NCBI GenBank assembly: GCA_001785445.1
Contig: MFTV01000016.1
Location: 159,859-223,858 of the forward strand
Origin: Candidatus Nomurabacteria bacterium RIFCSPHIGHO2_02_40_30
Lineage (GTDB): Bacteria; Patescibacteriota; Minisyncoccia; Phycocordibacterales; UBA9973
Reading direction: 5' to 3'
DNA: 64,000 nucleotides
A program made the translations under genes and the position numbers. Below, in pieces: positions 58,107 through 64,000 of the stretch. The notes below the pieces were generated by a model that saw only the letters and a program-made list of their open reading frames with translations, was not told the DNA's origin and made no database searches. Position 1 is the first letter of the stretch, and every line of letters begins with the position of its first letter.

Positions 58107-58138
58107 TAGCAATAACAAGCGGTCGCGTGTTATTGCTG
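58107..58138. terminator. Perfect hairpin agcaataaca-agcggtcgcg-tgttattgct between convergent tmk-like and PaaX-like genes; paralog of the element at 58715
   Basis: 10-bp perfect stem; loop aacaagcggtcgcgtg is shared with the second copy. Confidence 0.5.
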
Positions 58139-58140
58139 TT

Positions 58141-58704
58141 TTAGCATAAATCAAATTTTTTCATTAAATGTAACTGGTTGTCCACATTTTCAGCTAAAAT
58201 AAAACGCACGTGTTTTCTAGCATTATAAAGTTCTATAATAAATTCAATTTCTTTGCTACAAGGGTAAGGATAAACGAAGACTGATTTCTGAAGTTCAATA
58301 AGACCTATTTCTCTAAAATGCAAACGTAAAGAATCACGCAACCCCTTTAGCTTTTCTGGGATATCAAACATAACTATGCGCCATTTTCCGTCCCACTTTG
58401 CCGGCTTTTTTATTTCTATTTTATCAATATTAAATCGCAAGGCTTTTTTATTTCCATTTTCACTTAAGATCATAGTGGTTGTACCATCTCTGTTATGCCT
58501 TTCTTTGATTAAGTGAGAAGTATATAAAGAGTAAATTGCTCTTTGTAGTGCCTGGCGGTTTATTTTCTCCCATTCTTTTGGTATTTGTTTCAAAATCCAC
58601 CAATGCTTTTTGGGCGATCTAGTTAAGCCAAGAGCTAGACCTGCTAGTAAAAGTAGAAGAATTTTCTTTTTCAGATTTCCTATTCTTAAGTTTCTAGTTT
58701 GCAT
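58141..58704 (-). CDS. PaaX-like / VSR-family putative transcriptional regulator with an N-terminal hydrophobic segment
   Basis: KWDGKWRIVMFDIPEKLKGLRDSLRLHFREIGLIELQKSVFVYP matches the PaaX C-terminal W.G.W..V.(Y/F)DIPE...R..LR..L...G...LQ.SV(W/F) pattern. Confidence 0.45.
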   Translation of the reverse strand: MQTRNLRIGNLKKKILLLLLAGLALGLTRSPKKHWWILKQIPKEWEKINRQALQRAIYSLYTSHLIKERHNRDGTTTMILSENGNKKALRFNIDKIEIKKPAKWDGKWRIVMFDIPEKLKGLRDSLRLHFREIGLIELQKSVFVYPYPCSKEIEFIIELYNARKHVRFILAENVDNQLHLMKKFDLC

Positions 58705-59160
58705 TTTCTTATTATAGCATTAACAAGCGGTCGCGTGCTAATGCTGGGGTGGTTTTTGATGGCTGAAAAGTATATAATCAAGAGTAATATGCGAATTCCA
58801 ATTGTAAATGAACAAGACAACCTTTTATATTTTAAAGACAAAAGCGAACGCGATAAACGTAAGGAAATAACGCGGTCTTCAAGCCTGATAATTTTTAATG
58901 AAAAAGGTGAAGTTCTTTTGGCTAAGCGCTCAAAGAATAAGAAAAATTCTCCAAATGTTTGGGGTCCTTCAGCTGAAGGATCGTTGGAAGAAGGGGACAC
59001 CTATGAATCTAATGCTATTAAAGAGGCCGAAGAAGAAATAGGAATAAAATTGGATAATGTAATAATTGGTCCCAAACGCAGAGAATCTGATAACTACCAT
59101 GAGTATTTTATACAGTGTTTTTTTGCTACAATTTCTTCAAGCACCAAATTTACTCTTTAA
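58699..59160 (+). pseudogene. NUDIX hydrolase interrupted by an in-frame TAA (true start probably the internal Met at ~58762 or ~58789); the conserved C-terminus continues in-frame to ~59295
   Basis: Nudix box GPSAEGSLEEGDTYESNAIKEAEEEIGI; after the TAA at 59158-59160 the same frame reads ESEVDEVCWVSLEKLKNWYSKSREEFLSTFGNSLEVIKNYAYQS, resembling the usual Nudix C-terminal (W.sleel) region. Confidence 0.55.
58715..58748. promoter_or_regulatory. Second copy of the aacaagcggtcgcgtg hairpin, in the divergent promoter region between the PaaX-like gene and the NUDIX gene; candidate operator
   Basis: agcattaaca-agcggtcgcg-tgctaatgct (one stem mismatch); same loop as the copy at 58107. Confidence 0.45.
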
Positions 59161-59278
59161 GAGTCAGAAGTTGACGAAGTATGCTGGGTTTCTTTAGAAA
59201 AATTAAAAAATTGGTATTCGAAAAGTCGAGAAGAATTTTTGTCAACATTCGGGAATAGTTTGGAAGTTATAAAAAATT

Positions 59279-59701
59279 ATGCGTATCAAAGTTAAAAAAC
59301 TTAAGAAAAATGCAAAGTTGCCGAAGTATCATCATCCGGGGGATGTGGGCATGGATGTGTATGCTATGGAGACCGTGACGGTAAAGCCCATGGAGCATTA
59401 TCGTTTCTGGCATGGCTTTGCGCTCGAGTTTCCAGAGGGTTATGTAGCAACCATTATGGATAAAAGCAGTATTTCCAAAGAAGGTTTTCACGCTATCGGT
59501 GGAGTTTTTGATGCCGGTTATCGCGGGGAATACAACACACTATTAGTAAATTTATCAGACAAATCGTATACTTTTGAAGAAGGTGACAAAGTTTCTCAAC
59601 TTGTGATTTTGCCTGTAGTCATAGCAGAGATAGAAGAAACTGATACACTTAATGAGTCAGCTCGCGGAGAAGGAAAATTTGGCTCAACTGGCAAAAAATA
59701 A
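59279..59701 (+). CDS. dut: dUTP diphosphatase
   Basis: GDVGMDVYA (motif I/II) and GVFDAGYRGE (motif III); C-terminal Gly-rich arm (ARGEGKFGSTG). Confidence 0.8.
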   Translation: MRIKVKKLKKNAKLPKYHHPGDVGMDVYAMETVTVKPMEHYRFWHGFALEFPEGYVATIMDKSSISKEGFHAIGGVFDAGYRGEYNTLLVNLSDKSYTFEEGDKVSQLVILPVVIAEIEETDTLNESARGEGKFGSTGKK

Positions 59702-59704
59702 ATA

Positions 59705-61447
59705 ATGCAGGAAAAAATAAGAAATTTAATAGGAGAAGCGTTGGAGAGTCTCAATATTGGAGGTGTGGCTTTTGTTGTAGAGCATCCAGAAGATTTAAAG
59801 AATGGCGATTATTCCACCAATGTGGCTATGGCCTGTGCTAAAAATTTAAAAACCAATCCAAAAGAACTGGCAGAAAAGATTGTAGCCGAGATGTCAAAGG
59901 CTGCCTTTGACAATTTAGAAAAAATTGAAGTTGCTGGCGCCGGATTTATCAATTTCCACTTGTCTCGCAAATTTTTTGCAAAAAGTGTCGAAGAAATTTT
60001 GAATCAAGGAGAAGATGTTGGAAAAAATAATTCTCTGCAAGGTAAAAAAATAATGGTGGAGTATACTGACCCGAATCCTTTCAAGCCTTTTCACATTGGC
60101 CACTTGATGACCAATGCTATAGGCGAGTCCATAGCGAGAATTCTGGAGCATTCCGGCGCCGCAGTTTCTCGCGCCAATTATCAGGGGGATGTCGGGCTAC
60201 ATGTGGCCAAGGCCATCTGGGGTCTTTTGAAAAATCCGGAGCTAGCTGACCAGTCTATAGTTTCCAATGCTGCCGAAGCCACGAATATCGGCAAGGCTTA
60301 TGTAGCTGGCGCCACAGCTTACGAAAGTGATGAGAAAATAAAAAAAGAAATAGATGAAGTAAATAAAAAGATTTATGATAGGAGTGATAAAAAAATAAAC
60401 GAGTTGTATGATTGGGGGTTCAGGGTGACGATGGATGCTTTTGAAGACTTGTATAAAATACTTGGCACTAAATTTGATTACTATTTTGTAGAAAGTATCA
60501 TGGCGCCCATTGGAGAGAGAGTCGTAAAAGATAATTTAGATAAAATTATAGATTCAAGAGACAGCAAGATGATCTTTGAGAAATCCGATGACGCGATTGT
60601 ATTCAAAGCTGAAAAGTATGACCCCAAACTTCATACTCGCGTATTCATTACTTCTGGCGGTATTCCCACGTATGAGGCGAAAGAGCTTGGGCTGGCGCTA
60701 GAGAAATTCCGCACCGAGCCAAATTTAGACCTTTCTGTCGTTATCACTGCCAACGAACAAGCTGATTATATGAAAGTGGTGGCGAAGGCTCTCTCGTTGA
60801 TTCACCCGGAGTATGAAAATAAAATGCTACACATCACTCATGGCATGATGCGCCTTGCTACGGGCAAGATGTCTTCCCGAAAGGGGAATGTAGTTACGGG
60901 TGAATCATTGATTCGTGATACAGTGGAGTTAGTGCACCAGAGACTCGAAGCTCGGGATTGGGACCATGAGATTAAAGAAAAAGTTGCAAGTATAGTAGGC
61001 GTGGCAGCGCTCAAATATTCTATCCTGAAGCAGTCCACGGGTGGGGACATCATGTATGATTTTGATAAGTCAATTTCTTTTGAAGGGGACTCCGGGCCAT
61101 ACTTGCAATATTCTTATGCTCGGGCGAACTCTGTTCTAGAAAAAGCGAAAAAAGAAAATATTTTTCCAGACCCTCATGCTTTCGGAATGGAGATTTCGGA
61201 AGTAGAAAAATTATTGTACAGATTCCCTGAAGTAGTATCGAGGTCAGCCTCTGAATACGAGCCACACTACATAGCGAGCTATCTCATAGAAGTGGCTCGT
61301 GCCTTCAACAGCTTTTATGGCAACACCGTCATCGTAGATACAAAAGACAAAACTTCTTCATACAAAATTGCCCTAACTTTCGCATTTTCTTTCGTAATAA
61401 AAAATGGTTTACAACTCCTAGGCATACAAGTCCCAGAAAAAATGTAG
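59705..61447 (+). CDS. argS: Arginine--tRNA ligase
   Basis: N-terminal Arg_tRNA_synt_N-like region; HIGH motif EYTDPNPFKPFHIGHL; C-terminal DALR anticodon-binding-like helical domain. Confidence 0.9.
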   Translation: MQEKIRNLIGEALESLNIGGVAFVVEHPEDLKNGDYSTNVAMACAKNLKTNPKELAEKIVAEMSKAAFDNLEKIEVAGAGFINFHLSRKFFAKSVEEILNQGEDVGKNNSLQGKKIMVEYTDPNPFKPFHIGHLMTNAIGESIARILEHSGAAVSRANYQGDVGLHVAKAIWGLLKNPELADQSIVSNAAEATNIGKAYVAGATAYESDEKIKKEIDEVNKKIYDRSDKKINELYDWGFRVTMDAFEDLYKILGTKFDYYFVESIMAPIGERVVKDNLDKIIDSRDSKMIFEKSDDAIVFKAEKYDPKLHTRVFITSGGIPTYEAKELGLALEKFRTEPNLDLSVVITANEQADYMKVVAKALSLIHPEYENKMLHITHGMMRLATGKMSSRKGNVVTGESLIRDTVELVHQRLEARDWDHEIKEKVASIVGVAALKYSILKQSTGGDIMYDFDKSISFEGDSGPYLQYSYARANSVLEKAKKENIFPDPHAFGMEISEVEKLLYRFPEVVSRSASEYEPHYIASYLIEVARAFNSFYGNTVIVDTKDKTSSYKIALTFAFSFVIKNGLQLLGIQVPEKM

Positions 61448-61460
61448 TAGAATATCTTGA

Positions 61461-63062
61461 ATGACCCAAGAACAGGCGTTAAATATTTTGAAAACCGGTG
61501 CGAATATTTTTTTGACTGGTGAACCGGGAGCAGGGAAGACACATATAGTAAATACGTACGTAAATTATTTGCGCACCTCTGATGTGGAGCCTGCAATCAC
61601 AGCTTCCACTGGTATTGCCGCGACTCATATCGGTGGAATGACAATTCATTCTTGGAGTGGCATTGGCATTAAAACAAAATTAGATAAATATGATTTAGAT
61701 AAAATAGCTAGCAGTGAATATATTAGTAAACGTGTAAATCGTACTCGTGTACTTATTATTGATGAGATTTCTATGCTCTCGGAGAATATGCTCAATATGG
61801 TGGACATGGTTTGCCGGGAAATAAAGCAGAGCAGTGAACCATTCGGCGGAATACAAATTATTTTAGTCGGCGACTTTTTTCAGTTACCACCGATTGTTAA
61901 AAGAGATTTTGCAGAAGAAAAACAAAATAGTTTAATAGAAAATCCACAGGTCAGACCTGTGGGAACTTTTGCTTATGATGCAGGGGCTTGGAATAGGGCA
62001 AGGCTAGTTGTTTGTTATTTGACTGAACAGCATCGTCAGGATGATAAAGATTTTCTTTCTGTTCTCTCTGGAATACGCGCCAACAATGTAGAAAGAGAAC
62101 ATATGAATCATATTAATGCTCGGCAAATTGGTGTGGATGACATGCCGGAGAATATTACGAAACTTTTTTCACACAATATGGATGTGGATAGAGTAAATAA
62201 TACTGAACTTGCGAAGCTGGAAGAAGAAATAAAATTATTTAGAATGACAGAAAGTGGTAATGAAAAAATTATTGAAACTCTCAAAAAAGGTTGTTTGTCG
62301 CCAGAAAAACTAGAGCTCAAAATTGGCGCTGTTGTAATGTGTACCAAAAATAATCCCAAAGAAAGATTTGTGAATGGGACACTTGGCACTATTGCAGGGT
62401 TTGAAGAATTTAGTGGAAATCCGATTTTTAAAAATAGGAATGGAAGGAGTATTGTCATTGCACCGATGGGTTGGATAGTGGAAGAAAATGGCAAAATTCG
62501 CGCGCAGATAACTCAGATTCCACTTAGGCTGGCTTGGGCTATTACCGTGCACAAGAGCCAGGGGATGAGTATGGATGCGGCAGTGATGGATTTGTCGCAG
62601 GTTTTTGAATTTGGGCAGGGCTATGTGGCACTTTCACGTGTACGCAGACTCTCAGGGCTTTATTTGCTAGGTATTAATGAACACGCACTCAAAGTACATC
62701 CGAAAATTTTAGAAAAAGACATTGAATTTAAGAAAAATTCTGTTGAGGCCGTGGAAGTTTTTGGTAAACTTGCAGAAATTGAACTAAAGAAAATGCATGA
62801 CAACTTTTTGCTTGCTTGCGGAGGGAAGGTAAGACAAATATCCACCCCGACGCAAGCATCACCCCTTAAGAGGGGAATTAATGCATTTTCCGAAATTAGA
62901 GAAAAACATCCAAATGCCTATCGTCCATGGACCACAGAACAAGATGAAGAATTGGCAAAGTTATTTAGCTCTGGGATTTCTGTAGCAGATTTAACAAAAA
63001 AATTTGGCAGAAAAAGAGGAGGGATTACATCAAGACTAGAAAAACTAGGGTTAAGAAAATAG
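61461..63062 (+). CDS. PIF1/RecD-family ATP-dependent DNA helicase with a C-terminal basic extension
   Basis: Walker A LTGEPGAGKTHIV; TASTGIAATHIGGMTIHSWSGIG; Walker B LIIDEISML; C-terminal VHKSQGMSMD. Confidence 0.75.
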   Translation: MTQEQALNILKTGANIFLTGEPGAGKTHIVNTYVNYLRTSDVEPAITASTGIAATHIGGMTIHSWSGIGIKTKLDKYDLDKIASSEYISKRVNRTRVLIIDEISMLSENMLNMVDMVCREIKQSSEPFGGIQIILVGDFFQLPPIVKRDFAEEKQNSLIENPQVRPVGTFAYDAGAWNRARLVVCYLTEQHRQDDKDFLSVLSGIRANNVEREHMNHINARQIGVDDMPENITKLFSHNMDVDRVNNTELAKLEEEIKLFRMTESGNEKIIETLKKGCLSPEKLELKIGAVVMCTKNNPKERFVNGTLGTIAGFEEFSGNPIFKNRNGRSIVIAPMGWIVEENGKIRAQITQIPLRLAWAITVHKSQGMSMDAAVMDLSQVFEFGQGYVALSRVRRLSGLYLLGINEHALKVHPKILEKDIEFKKNSVEAVEVFGKLAEIELKKMHDNFLLACGGKVRQISTPTQASPLKRGINAFSEIREKHPNAYRPWTTEQDEELAKLFSSGISVADLTKKFGRKRGGITSRLEKLGLRK

Positions 63063-63103
63063 TATACTCATATAATTTTACATTACCAAAAGAATTTGGT
63101 ATA

Positions 63104-63131
63104 ATTATGACATTATTAATAATGTCATAAT
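63104..63131. promoter_or_regulatory. 28-bp perfect palindrome overlapping a TATAAT box, immediately upstream of the ArsR-family gene; candidate autoregulatory operator
   Basis: attatgacatt-attaat-aatgtcataat; overlaps the putative -10 tataat (~63100-63105), 7 nt upstream of the ATG at 63138; half-site attatgacatta recurs at 63387-63398. Confidence 0.5.
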
Positions 63132-63137
63132 TAAAAT

Positions 63138-63413
63138 ATGAAAAAAGCAGTAAATTATAAATATTTTGAAAAAATTATAAAAGGAGGGGCAAATCATCGC
63201 AGATTGCAAATACTTTTCTTGCTAGAGAAAAATCCAGGCTTGTCTGTAGAGCTTGTTTCTTCAAATCTCAATGTCGTGTTTGTTACCATTGCTAGCCACC
63301 TGCAGAAGCTCCATCATTCTGGCCTTGTTAGCAAACAATACATTGGACGAACAGTTGTTCATCATGTAACTAAACGAGGGAAGGATATTATGACATTATG
63401 TAGAATGTTATAA
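63138..63413 (+). CDS. ArsR/SmtB-family winged-helix transcriptional regulator
   Basis: NHRRLQILFLLEKNPGLSVELVSSNLNVVFVTIASHLQKLHHSGLV matches the HTH_20 pattern. Confidence 0.65.
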   Translation: MKKAVNYKYFEKIIKGGANHRRLQILFLLEKNPGLSVELVSSNLNVVFVTIASHLQKLHHSGLVSKQYIGRTVVHHVTKRGKDIMTLCRML

Positions 63414-63485
63414 TATAGATACTTTTCAAATAGTTTTCCACATTTTGTTTTATTTTTTATCTAAAATTTTGATATAATTATTCCA

Positions 63486-64000
63486 ATGTCTACGATAAAA
63501 CTCTTGCGTTTTTTATTTGCCCTAGTTATTTTTGTCAGTGTTTTTTCTTTTACTCCGAAAGTTTTTGCTTTTACTTCTAGTAATTTTAATTCTAACATTA
63601 ATACTTCTTTTTATACTGACAATACTTCTTATGGTTTTACTTGTCCGACTTCACATTTTACTTCTGGGATGTATGTAGATTACTATATTGCCCTCGACAA
63701 TCTCCCTCCTGTTCGTGTTTCAGCTGGTGGTGAAATCTGCTATCAGCATCAAGTTTTTCATTATAGTGATATTGATTCTGCCGGGATTCTTGCAGCCACT
63801 TTTCCTACAGCGGATTTAACTATAGGACATCATGTTCGTTTTTTCTTTTCTAATTCTGCTGACCCGAATGCAGATTATTTTGAATTTGACACTAATGGCG
63901 GTATTGCCCCTACTCCGCCAAGTCCTCCACCTAGCCCTGTTTGCACCGTAGATTGTTTTTCAAATGTACTATTTTTGCCTGGGCTGGAAGCAAGTCGTTT
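63486..64000 (+). CDS. Secreted hypothetical protein, 5' partial (runs off the window end; absent from the ORF track because it has no stop)
   Basis: ATG at ~63486, signal peptide MSTIKLLRFLFALVIFVSVFSFTPKVFA, open frame to position 64000 with a Pro-rich PTPPSPPPSP segment. Confidence 0.5.
   Translation, partial: MSTIKLLRFLFALVIFVSVFSFTPKVFAFTSSNFNSNINTSFYTDNTSYGFTCPTSHFTSGMYVDYYIALDNLPPVRVSAGGEICYQHQVFHYSDIDSAGILAATFPTADLTIGHHVRFFFSNSADPNADYFEFDTNGGIAPTPPSPPPSPVCTVDCFSNVLFLPGLEASR

Noticed and set aside
1-64000. Search for CRISPR arrays, rRNA and tRNA genes
   Set aside because: No regularly spaced direct repeats, no cloverleaf-compatible 70-90-nt GC-richer segments in intergenic regions, and no rRNA-like conserved stretches were seen. 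Intergenic hairpins found are explained as terminators, operators or repeat elements.

Overview
This is a 64-kb window of a low-GC (roughly 35-40% by eye), gene-dense bacterial chromosome. Ribosome-binding sites are weak, stop codons are standard (TGA, TAA and TAG all end clear genes), and no rRNA, tRNA or CRISPR array was found. The gene content (type IV pilus and competence genes, a Gram-positive-style type IV secretion cluster, a giant surface adhesin, an H+/Na+ pyrophosphatase, no biosynthetic operons) fits a Patescibacteria/CPR-like or similarly reduced organism; that placement is an inference.

Layout:
- 0.1-6.5 kb: LysM-M23 peptidase, a charged hypothetical protein, pcrA, ksgA and a Ca-binding membrane protein.
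- 6.5-20 kb: a T4SS-like cluster with a large secreted protein, a VirB6-like membrane protein, tandem paralogs, a VirB3-like protein, VirB4 in two ORFs separated by a 116-bp inverted-repeat element, secreted proteins, and a pilin-like/M15 peptidase fusion.
- 20-22 kb: the jag-yidC-yidD-rnpA-rpmH group; rpmH is missing from the ORF track.
- 22-31.4 kb: clpP, an AsnA-like gene, argH-like, an amidohydrolase, trigger factor, hppA and nusA.
- 31.5-33.5 kb: dinJ/yafQ toxin-antitoxin pair, a GIY-YIG nuclease and a high-GC secreted protein that looks foreign.
- 34.3-41.2 kb: one 2296-aa surface protein with a 5x Cys-repeat domain, a beta-helix, FN3, a textbook thrombospondin type-1 repeat and a Cys-rich C-terminus.
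- 41.2-47.5 kb: type IV pilus genes pilB and pilC plus four pilin-like genes.
- 47.5-64 kb: tpiA-pgk, a HIT protein, recJ, rnhA, comEC split in two with sodA inserted on the opposite strand, glyA, a small hypothetical protein, a CYTH-domain protein, tmk-like, a PaaX-like regulator flanked by conserved hairpins, a NUDIX gene with an in-frame stop, dut, argS, a PIF1-like helicase, an ArsR regulator with a perfect operator palindrome, and a partial secreted protein running off the window.

Non-genic repeat families:
- GC-rich palindromic insertions sit in-frame inside pcrA and ksgA, with a related copy between the HIT gene and recJ.
- A ~75-nt hairpin module occurs at two convergent gene junctions with compensatory stem changes.

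Hand-counted coordinates of non-ORF features may be off by 1-2 nt. At two places (about 14640 and 14801) my count disagreed by 1 nt with the supplied ORF track; the ORF track is treated as authoritative.
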